A DNA stretch of 64,000 bases. Source: Mobula hypostoma. Lineage: Eukaryota. The number at the start of each line of letters is the position of its first letter. Positions within the stretch are counted from its first letter, which is position 1. Made by a program: the position numbers and the translations under genes. The notes below the pieces were generated by a model. The model did not search any database and had not been told where the DNA came from. It was given only the letters and a program-made list of their open reading frames with translations. This document shows positions 12,301-24,967 of the stretch, piece by piece. The stretch is from NCBI RefSeq assembly GCF_963921235.1, contig NC_086108.1, positions 53,756,001 to 53,820,000 of the forward strand, given 5' to 3'.

Positions 12301-12434
12301 TGGCCCCTTGAGACTGCTGCACCATTCAAAAAAATATTGATATACATGGTCAGAGCTGGAGTGGTTTATTGTCTTTGTTCTTCTGCAATCCACTTGAAAC
12401 ATTAGACTTGCTACCCTCCAAAAAATATCAGCTC

Positions 12435-12540
12435 TGGGGAGGCAGCAAGGTCTCAGTGAAGTGTCAGCATAGATTCATGTGCCCAGGCCTGAATGTGATC
12501 TGAACACACAACCTCCTGAACCAAGAGAAGAGTGCTGTAG
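12435..12540 (-). mobile_element. DeuSINE/SacSINE1-like head fragment
   Basis: GTGTCAGCATAGATT...TGAACACACAACCTCCTGA...AGAGTGCT is similar to 41870-41990. Confidence 0.45.
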
Positions 12541-14559
12541 TCGTTAATATATTTGGCTGAAAATGGTGAATCAACACACTTGGAATAGATGTAGAAGATC
12601 GCTACAGTGAAACCTGAGAGGGGTGAGGTACCTTCCCGGTCCATCAGAGAGCTTCTTTGCTTTCATTGCTTCTTGAGGTGGATAAAAGACAAATAGCACT
12701 TTCCTGCTGACATGCAAGCGACAGATGTCAGGAACGAGCAAATAATGAAGGGTAGACCTGACGTGTTAGTGATTAATTGTCACCTTGACAACCTCCATCT
12801 CTGACTGGCTCCACTTCATGCAGTAAATATTCTGAAAGACTGAATGTCCACAACGTGTGTTTTGTTGTCTTTGTTTTTCTGCAGTTTTTCATGATATGGC
12901 ACAGTCAACATCCAACTCTGATGAAACTCATATATGAGGGAAAGACATTGAGTGTCAAGATGAGTGTGGAATGTTGCTTCATCTAATCAGCCCAAAGGAC
13001 GAACAAAATTACTTGAATCCAGAGACTGATAAGTTTTCTGCTAAAAGGCAATCAAGAAACGGGGGGTTGGTACAGGCAAAGTGGTAATAAGGTAAAATCA
13101 TGTCAGCTATGATCTCATGGAATGGTGGAGCAGACGTAAGGGGGTGAATGGGCTGCTTCTGTCCTACTTGTATTCTTTTTTCCTTTAAAAAACAATTTTA
13201 TGGTACTTGGAGAAAGACAGCCTTCTGTAAGGATCAATGACTGATACCATTTTTGTAGACTGTAGTCAATAGTTTATCCTATTTTCTCTTCTTACTAGCA
13301 TAGAATAAATTCTTGGAAACACTTAGCAGGACAGCGAGCATCTGTGGAAAGGAAAACAAGAGTGGATGGTTTGGGTTTTTCATCGGGTTGAGACCAAGAG
13401 CTCTCAGACAGTACAAAGCCAATAAAAAGGAGGGCTTTGCTCTTTTCCAATCTGTTTGCCCTTTGGTCTCCTGGAAGGAAAGCATTATGAGGGATGACCA
13501 GAGGGCCACCCTGACCTGTGTAACTGTGCATTCCCATTAATCACCATTCTGAGAACGGCTGTAAGGAAAGAGAATTGAAGGTAGAAACAAAGAGAAAACA
13601 GATTTTACTGTCATGGCCCCGTGGCTAATTAACTTGCATGCCTCCTCTATATGTCTGCCTGAGGAAAGATTACTTGGGCAAGTTACCAAAGCACTGCTAT
13701 TGCCTGTCCATCTGTAAAACAATGTGAGTCACAGGCTTTAAGAAGCATGAAATTAAGGTGGAGAGATTGACCCCAATGAATTGCATGCATGTGCATGGTA
13801 TATGCAAAAAGAAATGGAAACAAATCTCAGTCCTTTCCGTGGTTTGAACTACTTCATGTCGAAAATAGGGGGAGTATGTAGCTATGTCATCACTGCATAC
13901 TGGTGCACCACACTTGTCTATTATTGGTTTCTCCTCCCTTATCTCCATCATTACACTAGTGTTTCTTTACATTTTGACCCATTAGTTTGCAAAGAGCATT
14001 GTCTGAAAAATACGAGTGCAGATCTTATGCCATTGACAGAAGCTCTCCCTTTCCATGACTATTCTTGACCTTTGTACTTAAATTTGAGAATTACAAACTT
14101 TGTATTTGCCCAGTGCCCAGTACTGTGTGAGTGGGAGTGTTCAGCCTTTACTTCCATCTTTGTTTACAAACTAATGATTTCATTAATCTTTGCAAACTTT
14201 GACTTGAAACTGGGTTTTGTGCCATGGACTATAAGTGTTGGAAATAGGAAGAGGCTGATCTTCTTAAGCCAGGTCCAACTTTTTCTGAGGTTGTGAGTGT
14301 TTAATATCCTGACAGTTTTCTGCCTGATCCTAACTCCTCTTGATTGCTTTCATGCCAAAAGGTGTATTTGTCTCACTTTTGAATGGTCTCAATGACTAAA
14401 CGTCCATACTCCTCTGAGGAAGAGCATTCTCAAAGTTTACAAGCCACAGAATAAAGAGAAGTTTCCCACCTCCGTCTTAAATAGCCAGCTCCTGATAACA
14501 AAGCTTTTTTTATTCTAAAGTCACTCACAATGTCCCCTATTTTATGTATTTTTTAATGT

Positions 14560-15140
14560 CTTCACTGATTGCCTCCCCACTCACATCTGTGCCTGTCTCA
14601 GGTCCTCTACTCTTAAAGTCTAATTCACACATTTGCTACCTCGAGGCTTGGCACTTCTGAGGGATTCCTGGCTCATTCCTCGTTCTACTTTCTCTCAATG
14701 AGAGGTCCAGGGTGAGCCTTGATCTTACTGAAAGTCAAGTTTGAGAACGTACTCCTGGATGTTGTACCCAGTCCTCTTTACTCATTATGCCTGTGCCTGC
14801 TTAGTATGGGCACCCAGTTAAAACAACAGCATCACCTTAATCCTCATCCTTGTTTATCAATCTTCCAAGGTCTGATTACTCTGTAATCTTCTCCTGATAT
14901 ACCAAAAGAGATTCTGTTGATCTTCCCAGTTTGAAATGCTTCACCTTTGAACTCTTAAGAATGAGCTTTCCCTCATAAAACTTATCATCCTCTCTCTCTT
15001 CTTTCAGACCTTTCTTAAAGTTGGAAGTGACCTAACCTAATCATCTAGCCTAATATCACTTTGTACATCAGTTTTCTTTGTTAATGTGCCTGACAGTAAA
15101 TTATTGCCACATTAAAGTGCTGCATAAATGCAAGCTTTGA
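14560..15140 (+). mobile_element. Highly decayed L2-like LINE 3' region
   Basis: CATCCTTGTTTATCAATC...CTGTAATCTTCTCC...TTAAAGTGCTGCATAAATGCAAG resembles L2 3' ends. Confidence 0.4.
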
Positions 15141-15242
15141 AATTGGAGTGCTATGTGTTCTTTTCACAGTAGGCACAAGGATGTTTTTGTCATGAACTCT
15201 CCCCTCCAATCATCAATGGTGACCTGAAGGCCTGGAAAACCT

Positions 15243-15400
15243 CACTAACTCTTCCTTCAGTTAGTCCTGACAAATGGTCTTGGCCTGAAACGTCGACTGT
15301 ACCTCTTCCTAGAGATGCTGCCTGGCCTGCTGCGTTCACCAGCAACTTTGATGTGTGTTGCTTGAATTTCCAGCACCTGCAGAATTCCTGTTGTTTACGT
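15243..15400 (+). mobile_element. PLE 3' terminus with a decayed hammerhead at 15263-15298
   Basis: agtc-CTGACAA-atggtcttggcct-GAAAC-GTC-gact followed by the complete tail. Confidence 0.8.
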
Positions 15401-15639
15401 GTGTTTCCTTCATGACCTCTGTCAAGTACGTAAAAGAAAATATGGCACAAGAGACTGGGGTGGCTCCAAGTGAGTTATGGTTAGTGCGGAGGGCTGGGTG
15501 TCAGCTAGCAATTATTTTTCTAGTTACATAACAAAATGGTACTATTGGTCTGTCACTCACTATATGAAGGGCAAGGAAGGGCCTGATGGAGCGCTACAGG
15601 TGATGATGCAAAGAAATGTGAAAATGAGTGAGGAATTTC

Positions 15640-15866
15640 AGTATAAATCAATCAACTTCCTAACTCCTTGCTTCATCCCTGCTCCCCCAAGTTTCACCAA
15701 TTGCCTGGTGTTTCTCTGTTCCCTCCCTCCACCTTTCAAATCTGCTCCTCAGCCTTTTTTTTTCCCAGTCCTGCCGAAAGGTTTCGGCCTGAAACGTTGA
15801 TTGTGCTTTTTCCTATAGATGCTGCCTGGCCTGCTGAGTTTCTCCAGCATTTTCTGTGTGTTGCTT
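15640..15866 (+). mobile_element. PLE 3' terminus with a decayed hammerhead at 15767-15802
   Basis: agtc-CTGCCGA-aaggtttcggcct-GAAAC-GTT-gatt plus the GATGCTGCCTGGCCTGCTGAGTT tail. Confidence 0.8.
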
Positions 15867-15869
15867 AAA

Positions 15870-16780
15870 TATATTTTAAAATTAGTTTGTCAAATGTACA
15901 TTGAAACATGCAGTGAAGTGCGTCATTTCCATCAAATTTAATCATCGAGGATTGCGCTGGGCAGCCTGAAATTGTTGCCCTGCTTCCGGCACCAACATAG
16001 CATGCCCACAACTTAGTGACCCTAGCCACAACATAGCATGCCCACAACTTAGTGACCCTAACCACAACATAGCATGCCCGCAACTTAGTGACCCTAACCA
16101 CAACATAGCATGCCCGCAACTTAGTGACCCTAACCACAACATAGCAGCTCACAACTTAGTGACCCTAACCACAACATAGCATGCCCACAACTTAGTGGCC
16201 CTAACCACAACATAGCATGCCCGCAACTTAGTGACCCTAACCACAACATAGCATGCCCGCAACTTAGTGACCCTAACCCCAACATAGCATGCCCGCAACT
16301 TAGTGACCCTAACCACAACATAGCAGCTCACAACTTAGTGACCCTAACCACAACATAGCATGCCCGCAACTTAGTGACCCTAACCACAACATAGCATGCC
16401 CGCAACTTAGTGACCCTAACCACAACATAGCAGCTCACAACTTAGTGACCCTAACCACAACATAGCAGCCCGCAACTTAGTGACCCTAACCACAACATAG
16501 CAGCCCACAACTTAGTGACCCTAACCACAACATAGCAGCCCGCAACTTAGTGACCCTAACCACAACATAGCATGCCCGCAACTTAGCGACCCTAACCACA
16601 ACATAGCATGCCCGCAACTTAGTGACCCTAACCACATGTGTTTGGAATGTTGGGGGGGAAGCTGGAAGAGTCATGGGGAGAACGAACAAATTCCATGCAG
16701 ACAGCGGTGGGAATTGGACTCCAATCTTCTAGCTGGCGCTGTAAAGCAATGCCTAACCCTCATGTTACCATGACACCCAT
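15870..16780 (-). mobile_element. V-SINE-like element containing an internal minisatellite expansion
   Basis: The flanks TTTGGAATGTTGGGGGGGAAGCTGG...GGGGAGAACGAACAAATTCC...GGGAATTGGACTC...CTGGCGCTGTAAAGC are the reverse-complement V-domain and tRNA head. Confidence 0.7.
15993..16636. repeat. Minisatellite of 18 copies of a 35/36 bp unit
   Basis: Unit CAACATAGCATGCCCGCAACTTAGTGACCCTAACCA (36 bp), with 35 bp variants (...AGCAGCTCACAAC..., ...AGCAGCCCGCAAC...). No spacers. Confidence 0.97.
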
Positions 16781-18764
16781 GCTATGTATATCACTGTGAA
16801 AAAGACCTCCAGTTAAAACTCTAAAGCAAAACTACATTCTAATTCTATTTTTGCCCAGCCTTTGCAGGTAGTATACTGTTGCATACAACAGAAGCATAAA
16901 TCATGGTTCATGTCCCTTTCTCTCAATTATATACCTTCATTATTATTTCTGTTATGGTGAAAGGAATCTACTGGAATCCTGAACCTGTACTTGTCGGTAA
17001 ACTCTGTACTTTTCTAAGTCTGGGCAGTTTATTAAACGCACTCAGTCTTTCCTGTGGCTGTAATAGATCAAGTCTCTTTCCCATACTGCTTCAAATGAGT
17101 ATCAGGTGATACTGCCCATTTGCCTTTATGCCTTACTTTTTTTTAAAAAAGAGAGATATAGCGATAAAGCAAGCAGTCTGAGGAAGCTCTGTTACAATTT
17201 CCAATAGGACAAGGTTTCATGACACAGGATAGACAGGGATTTCTCAGAAAATGACAGGCTGATGCCTTGATTACTTGGAGGTCTGGTATTTCTTTGTTGT
17301 TTGAACTTTCTTTCAGCAGTTACTACGACTGACTGACTGTTGCTGATTAGACATTTTGCCAGTCAAATTCCTGTGCCCCAGGAACAGCGATCTCTCTTAT
17401 GCAGTTGTTGCAACTGACCAGTCTTTACTTCTTAGATGGAATATTGAATGTCATCTGCATGGCATTTTGTTATTGCAGAGAACTGCAGGCTGCAAAACAT
17501 ACTTTGTTCTTTTTTTCCATCCACTTAAAGACATGGATTCCTGTTTAGTTACAACTTCATAGCTGCGAGATGCTACCCTTTGATAAATGGCCATTCTTTT
17601 TTTGTGCAGTCAGAATAGCCAGAGTTAATACTAATTCAATAACTGGGAATTGTCCCTTGTCAAAACCAAGGTTAACTTAAGCATTTCTGTTGCAATCCTG
17701 ACTGATGTCAATTAGGTCATTAACAATGAGGGTTTGAACCCTTACTAGGGTTTGTTCAGTTCAACTTCACATGTTCTATCTCGTATTGGGAAAAAAATGG
17801 AAAATACATTGTCAGAATATTAAACTAAGTGGATTTAAAAGTTATTTTTTGTGCAGTGGGCAATTTTTAATGACCTGAAATATTGATGGGTATGGAAGTA
17901 TTTCCTACAATCTAACTTTCCCAGTGGGGATCCATTCTCAAGGATATTGCAGTCCAGAGATCAGCTGTCACAGACTTGAAGGGTTTCCCCTCTTTTAATC
18001 ATGAGCTTTGCAGCTGAACTCTCCCATGGTGGACTGGACAATATGAAGAATAGAGTATATAGAACTCGGAGGCACCAGAAAAGAAGAGAAGTGACCAAGA
18101 ATGATCTAGGAAGGTGAGGAGGAAAGAGAAATATCAAGACAGGTTACACTGGTTGAAATAATGCCTGATCTCTACTGGCTGATAAACAAAGTGAACGTTA
18201 ATTGTACAGAAAATAAATCTCCTGTAATGACAAATACGTTTATTGTTCTAATTCTGTTACTGTTCTTCTTGATCATCCATTGTCTAACTCTATGTATCCT
18301 CCAGTTTTTAAAAATTTTTTTAACTATGTCACAGAGAGGAAATTCAAAATGTCTGAAGGTTTAAACAGATCATGTTCAAATGGCTGGGAGAATGCAATGG
18401 AGGAGGGGACAGAGTGGTCTGAGATTATATAGAGAATCGAAGATTACAGTGAGATTTGAAACCACTGATGCCAGGCTGAGAGGCTGTATGATCAATGAGA
18501 GTGGAGTGAGGGGAAAATAAGACTTGGCAGAGAGCTAGGTACAGGCTTTTAGCTTTGATTAATTTAGGGAAAGGTGATTTAGCAGGGAAGAAATGGGAAT
18601 AAAAATTTTAAATTATCCAAATATGAGTGAGATTTCATATGTAGGGGATGAGATGAGAGTGAAGTACACATAGCTATGGAGTCAGTGACAATGGTAGTAG
18701 GACCTGGGGGTCTGAAGCTGTCAGCTGGGAACCCAGGGCTGAGTTAACACAATGTACCTAGAAT

Positions 18765-19316
18765 GTGTTTGTCCATCGTCGACGTCGATGAGGACCTCGA
18801 CATCATTTGATGGTGTTGAGACTAGTGCGTGATTTGGATTTAAGTGAGGGAGAGTTGCACAGCATCAGCCTCACTCTCTCTTCCCAATTCCCATCGGATC
18901 CAGTGGCAAGACAGAGTCGAGACAGCTGGAGATGGGACTAGGCGCAGTGGATGACCAGGACGTCTTCAGTGTCTGATCCTGCTCTACTTGTTCCACGACG
19001 CTTGCAGAGACCGCCTTCTTGACCGTTGAACCTTCCATTGGTCTCAACCACTGAATCTGCTGGAGTCTGTCTTCACATGCTGGGATAGATAACTCCCTAT
19101 CTCACCAAGGGTTTGAGACCCGTCGGCTACCCTCACCCGGTTTAGCCGGCTTTTCGAAGCCGTTGCCCGGGGTGTGGCCGCTGTCGCATGCAAACAGCTC
19201 GGGGAGCCACAGGTGAGAGCTGAGTGCCAGGTGGGGACCAAAGGTGGACTAACCACCTTGAAACAGACGTGGCATGTTTCCCCATCAGAGGGGCTACCCC
19301 TCCCTGCACCCCATAC
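18765..19316 (-). mobile_element. Non-autonomous RTE-related retroposon (RTE-like 5' and 3' ends, no ORF)
   Basis: CpG-rich 550 bp block flanked by CTAGAAT at 18758-18764 and 19319-19325. GGATTTAAGTGAGGGAGAGTTGCACAGCATCAGCCTCACTCTCTC and GGCTACCCTCACCCGGTTTAGCC resemble recalled RTE-SINE termini. Confidence 0.65.
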
Positions 19317-19539
19317 ATCTAGAATACTGACTCACTGCCATACAGTGTGATAGCTTTTGTGAGGATTCAAGAGGAGTCAACCGGGCTCGGCTGCTACAAG
19401 TGACACATGGGGAAACTAAACTTTACAACAGAAATTTATTCCTCACTCCCACCTGCCTGGTCCAAATTCATTCTGAATTTGTTCAGAGTCCAAAAGTCTG
19501 ACAACTCAACAACTGAAAAAAATAAAAATACAATTTAAG

Positions 19540-20460
19540 AGGGAAATAAGGAGGACAAAGAAAGGGTATAAATAAATCCCAAGAAGTTCTATAGTTACTT
19601 GAACAATAGAAGTGTGGCTAAGGGGAGAGGAGGTTCTCTTAAAGATCAGCAGGACTGCTTATGTCTTGTGCTACAGGAGATGGGTGAGATTTTTAATGTA
19701 GTGTTTACTGAGGAAAAAATTGTGGTTGCTCAATAGTTAGTGGAAACAGGTGGAGATGTTTGGAGGATATTCATATTACTAGGGAGGAGTTACTTGAAGC
19801 CTGACAGCATGATAAGTTGAATAAATTCCTAGTACCTGTCCGGGTGCATCCTCGGACTTTGTGGGAGGCTGGAGAAGGAATTGTGGAGGTCTTGTGGAGA
19901 TACTTGTTTCGTTGTTGGCCACTGATGAAGTTGCCCAAGGCATTTCTTCTTCTCGTTTCTGCCACCTGAGAAAGGGGTACAGGAACCTAAAGACTCACAC
20001 ACTCAACAATTCAGGAACAGCTTCCTCCCCTACATCATCAGATCTCTGAGTGGTCCATGAACTCTCAAGCACTATCTCATTACTCCCAATTTTTTTTTTG
20101 CAATATTTATTTACCTAGTAATTTTTAGTTACTTTGTATTTTTGCAATGTAATGCTATCACAAAACAACAAATTTCGCATCATATAAGACACCGATGATA
20201 AATCTGATTCTGATACTGACTAGAAAGTTGGCAAAATGTTGTTCCATTATTTAAAGTGTGCGGCAAGGACAAGTCAGGGAACTACAGCCTGACATCAGTA
20301 GTAGGGAATATGGAATAACAAAATTAGGACAGTGAAGGTTTTTGGAGATTACAAGGAGAGCTTGATCAGTTAGGGAAATGGGTCAAGGAGTAGCAAATGG
20401 ATTTTAATACAGTTAAGTGTGGGGTGAAGCATTCTGGAAAGTCAAACCAGCATGCGACTT
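19540..20460 (+). mobile_element. CR1 ORF2 fragments with a nested Rex1-like 3' end (about 19945-20220)
   Basis: ATAAATCCCAAGAAGTTCTATAG...GATAAGTTGAATAAATTCC...AATGTTGTTCCATTATTTAAA...GGGAACTACAG. The insert ends in GATAAATCTGATTCTGA. Confidence 0.7.
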
Positions 20461-21654
20461 GTATTATCACTTTTCTTCATATTTTTGAGTAATTTCATTT
20501 ATTTCTGACTGGCATTCCACAGTAGCAGAGAGTAGTAATGGATAGGGAACATGTCTATTAGTATCTGCATTCATTAGAGCCAAGAGTTTGTTGAAAGTGT
20601 ATGGACGGTGGCAGACTGGTAATCATAGAAGTAAAAGGTCTCGGTGACAATGTCACTGCACAGTCATCTCTCTGCTCTTCATAGATGTGGCTGCTATGCA
20701 ACGAAGCAATTCCACAAGGAGCAGTTTACTGTGATTGATCAGGTTGGCCCCAGCAAATCATTCACAATGTGGAACAGTGAGAGCACAAGGAAACTAGCTG
20801 AAATTTGAGACCTTGGAGGTGAGAACAGAAGACATGCAGAGCATTTTGAGTCAGAGTGAAAGCAGGCTATGTGAGTGGATTCCAGGCACAACAAGAGCTG
20901 TTTTCGGAGAGAAGGAAGAAACTGTAGGCTAAGAAAATGGTTATTTGGGATTGATCACACCAAAGAGACAACTGCGATGAGGCTAATGGCCTCTCCTATT
21001 ACTTAGCATTTATGAAGCCTCTTTTTAAAGTGTGTGCAAAAGCTCACAACCTAAAGTGATTTGAATGGACCAAATGGATTAGACTGTGTTCTTTAGAAGT
21101 ATCAACTATTAGTCTCCATGTCTGCTCTGAACAATCCCATTTTCCTCAGAATTGTTGAGCCACCAGAAAGAACTATTTCAGGCTTTACTCCAGTCCCAGC
21201 ATGCCAAGATTATAGTGAATCATAACAACGCTTTTTCTTTCCTCTGACTTGATGATTAAAAGATTAAAACCTGGCCATATCTGATGTGGGTTCCTGTCTG
21301 CAAGTCCACACAGGACGTATACCAGATCTTTAATGAGACATTGAAAGAGTTTGAGAAGTCACGGTCTTCATGAAAAAGTAGCTGAGAAAAAATTTATTTT
21401 GGTTTATTTACCAACACAAAATGCAGGTGACCTAGAAATTGGGTTGATTAACATCTATTTTTCATGCTCAAAGGTTAGGCCAATCATTTCGAGATGAAAT
21501 CTCAGCCATTAGAAAATTGGCCCATGGAAGCTACCTGTGCATTTTGTCTTAGTCTGCAGATATTTCTCTAGTGTCAGTGTCACACCTAGTGATATTGCAA
21601 CTCATACACCAAGCATTTCCTCTCTTACTAAAATAACCGGAGCAATTCCTTACT

Positions 21655-21800
21655 GCAAATCAGCTGCACCGAACAGTTGTTTAAAAACTGGGCGCACATT
21701 GCAATGTGATAATCAATGAGGTGCCCATCAAAGGGTCTCCATTGTTATGCTGAGTCATGCGCAGAGCGTCTGCCGGCAGCGTGCTTTTCCTGCTCAGAGT
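21655..21800. promoter_or_regulatory. Candidate enhancer/promoter (dense transcription-factor motif cluster in non-repeat DNA)
   Basis: E-box CAGCTG at 21661, 14 bp palindrome CACATTGCAATGTG at 21695-21708, TCF/LEF ATCAAAG at 21727-21733, SOX CCATTGTT at 21739-21746 and NF-E2/Nrf2/AP-1 TGCTGAGTCAT at 21748-21758. CpGs are locally retained. Confidence 0.45.
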
Positions 21801-21965
21801 ATGAAGCCTGAAGCCTCTTCATAAGTTGTTTCATCACTGAGTGCATCGTCTTCATACACAGTGCGCTAATGTACTGTGGACTAATGTATTGTAACCTCAC
21901 ATCTCACATCTCATAGAGCCTTGGGGCCGCTCAGAGAATGGGATTTGATCAAGGCAGATGATCAC

Positions 21966-21994
21966 ATGGAGGATGCCACACACAAAGAAGATAG
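21966..21994 (+). CDS. Tentative short coding exon MEDATHKED(R/S), host gene unidentified
   Basis: ATGG start and AG|GTATGT donor (phase 2). A possible acceptor CTCATAG at 21916 would give a 78 bp exon with one open frame. Confidence 0.25.
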
Positions 21995-23780
21995 GTATGT
22001 TTTTCTTTGCCTCCATAGTAACCTTTTATGCAGCTGCTCTCTTTGGAGAGATACCGTAAGATCTGATATCTTCCCAGTGATCAGTGCAATAAAGGCATAC
22101 TAGTTTAAAATATTGGGAACTGCACAGATTATTGTGAAACTGTAAACCACAGTAGTTGAATTTTTAATATAGTTTTCCTCATTTTCAGATTTCTGTGCAT
22201 ATAACACAATTGAGCCGCAGCACTGTATGTAGTGCATATTTAGCAGACCAAAACAAAAGTGAAATTTACTTTCTAGGTGGGTGTCTATCAAAATGACCCA
22301 CAATCAATCTTGTACATTTTCCTTTAAGAGGATGTGATTTTTAATACCATTAGCTGACAGTTTATTGAATTTCAGTCTGTTATCAGCTTTGGAGACCTGG
22401 TCTTAGGAAGGGCTGAACTAGACTTGTTCAATTGGAAAGTGCATTTGTGTAAGTTTTGAGTGAGGACTGAAGTGAACTGACCAGAAATTTTTCTGCAAAT
22501 CATTGCCTTAGCTGTCAAAAATCATAAGATTTAAAAAAAATTAGAAACCCAGAGAAGAATGGCAAAGAATATATGCTAAAACTTACATAAAAGACTGGTT
22601 GGATCTCTGCTGGTGGGTTATGTCTAACCTTTTGGACCAGGTCATGGGACAGATGCCAAGGGGAAACACAGAGGACATTCTCTGGTTTCATATCTGAAAT
22701 GAGTAATGTGGAGAGATTAGGAAAGCCTGGATTGTTCTTCATCAACCAGAAAGGATAAGGTCAGATTTAAGAGGTGTTTGAAATTATATGGGACTTTGAT
22801 GGAGGGTCCAAAATGAAATTGTTTCAATGAACATAAGAGTATCGATTTGAGCTAGTTGGCTGCAAAATCAGAAGCGAATTTATTACTTATGCCTCTCTGC
22901 TGCAGCAAGCTATTAGGATTTTTACTTGCTGAAGGGTTAGTGGAAGCAGTAGAATACTCCAAAATGTGATGGGGTGTATGTAGAAAGCAAACAGGCAAAT
23001 AGTAGGAGGGGGGCTTGCTAGGTTCCTGCATGGGCAAGTACTTTTTCTTAAAGCTTTGTTTGTATAATTTAAATAAAACAGCTAATTACATGACTTTCTG
23101 GACCAGATATGGTCCCAGAATGACCACAGATACCTATGAACTACTATTTGGGGTAAAAGCAGAAAATTAAAGAGAAAGAGATGAGAAACTGCTGCATTCT
23201 GGTTCTCAACAAAACGTGGCTAAGCAACAAGAAGCCTGACAGTGTTTCAATTCAATGGGACGACTCTGTTCCACCCAGACAGAAGCACCCTGCCAGGGAA
23301 GTCTAAAGGAGGTAGAATCTGTGCATACGTTAACAAAGATTGGTGCACAAACTCATCTATAGCTACTATTCAGGGCAATTGAACAACTTGTATTTAAAAG
23401 TCAGCTACATTACCTGCTGAGGGAGTTTACTGTAGTATTCGTATGTTCTCGCGCGCCCCCCCCCCCACCCCGAGTGCGAATGCCAAGGATGCACGACTGC
23501 TTTATCAGGTCTTTACAAAACAAGCCTCAGGACAGCCTTTTCCTAATTGTGCGAGACTTCAGTCATGTTAACCTGCAGGACATTTTACCTAAATTCCACC
23601 AACATGTCACCATAGCCACTAGGCAAGCAAACAGATCGGATGTGGTACTTACAAAGCCATCTCGTGCCCTCATCTGGGGCTCTCTGACCACATCTCCATA
23701 ATATTAATCCTAGCATAGTGACCACTGCTGAAAATGGAGAAACCAGTCAAGAGGACTATCACTGTATGGCCTATGAAGTA

Positions 23781-24705
23781 CAGTCGGCCCTCCTTATCCA
23801 CGAGGGATTGGTTCTGGGACCCCTCGCGGATACCAAAAAACGTGGATGCTCAAATCTTTTATTCAGACTGTTTCAATGCGGTGGACCTTAGGACCCAGTG
23901 GAACCCTGGAACTTATTTAACCTGTCTCAGTGCGGTGGGCATTAGGACTTCGCGGCGGAGCTCTTAATCCGCAGTATTTCTGTTCACGAAAATAACCACA
24001 ATCGCAATTTAAAATAAAGTGGAAATAATAAAGCGATCAGAAAGAGGTGAAATGCCATGGGTCATTGGAAAAGCGTTAGGTTAATGTTGGTCAACGATCG
24101 GAACAATTTTAAAGGATAAAATGAGAAAGGCCCTGCCCGATTAAAGCTACAATTATTACTAAGCAACGCAGTGGTTTAATTATTGAGTTTTGGGGTTCTG
24201 GGTTTTTGGTCCTCCATATCATCCCGGCAGGGATGAAAAGCGCACTTGGGAGCGATCTGTCACTGGATTGAACTTGGGAATTTCCGTTCCCGAGCCCGGC
24301 GCTGAAACATACTTTTCTTAAATATTTTATATGCATAGAAAGGTAAAATATATACTATATACTAAGACAAATGTCTGACTAACTGATGCTAAATAATACC
24401 GGATGTACCTGTTCCAACTTACTTAGTAAGAGAACTTCCGTTTTTTTTTTGATCCAGATCCACAATAACCTACGCACATCCTCCCTTATACTTTAAATCA
24501 TCTCTAGATTACTTATAATACCTAATACAATGTAAATACTATGTGAAATAGTTGTTATACTGCATTGTTCAGGGAATAATGACAAGAAAAAAAAAGGTCT
24601 GTACATGTTTGAACAACAAGTGCTGGAAGAGCACTTCCGGGTTTTCTCAATTCGCGGTCGGTTGAACTTGTGCATGCGGAACTCACGGATAAAGAGAGCC
24701 GACTG
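23781..24705. mobile_element. Tigger3/MER2 (Golem)-like non-autonomous DNA transposon
   Basis: TA|CAGTCGGCCCTCCTTATCCACGAG...CTCACGGATAAAGAGAGCCGACTG|TA, with TIRs of about 24 bp and a TA TSD. Confidence 0.88.
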
Positions 24706-24967
24706 TAATCTCTATGCTTCAGGGCTGTTTTGAACGGACTAACTGGCAGATGTTCAAGGAGGCCACCATAAACAGAGAAAACACAGACCCAGTTCACTTT
24801 AGGCATCAAGAGGGCAAAGACCGCCGACACACAAAAAAATTCGGCATCACCTGCCCAGTAACAAACCCCAGTGTATGTGGCTGGGCATCAAGGGCATTAC
24901 TGACTACACAAGGAATAACAGGACCTACTGTACCAGTGATGCCTCCCTCCTTGTTGCTCTAAACAAC

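Noticed and set aside
12905..12970. CTGATGA...GAAA with two hairpins, as a possible non-PLE hammerhead
   Set aside because: There is no U-H cleavage site in register after stem III, and stem II does not close properly.
15993..16636. Possible CRISPR array (36 bp repeats) or repeat-protein ORFs
   Set aside because: The units are directly adjacent with no unique spacers, there are no cas genes and the context is vertebrate. The ORFs only reflect a stop-free 36 bp unit.
20685..20870. Exon-like segment with an acceptor and a GTGAGT donor
   Set aside because: There are stops in all three frames; a non-coding exon cannot be supported from sequence alone.
22082..22100. CAGTGCAATAAAGGCAT resembling miR-130/301
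   Set aside because: It is shorter than the mature miRNA and has no complementary 5' arm to form a hairpin.
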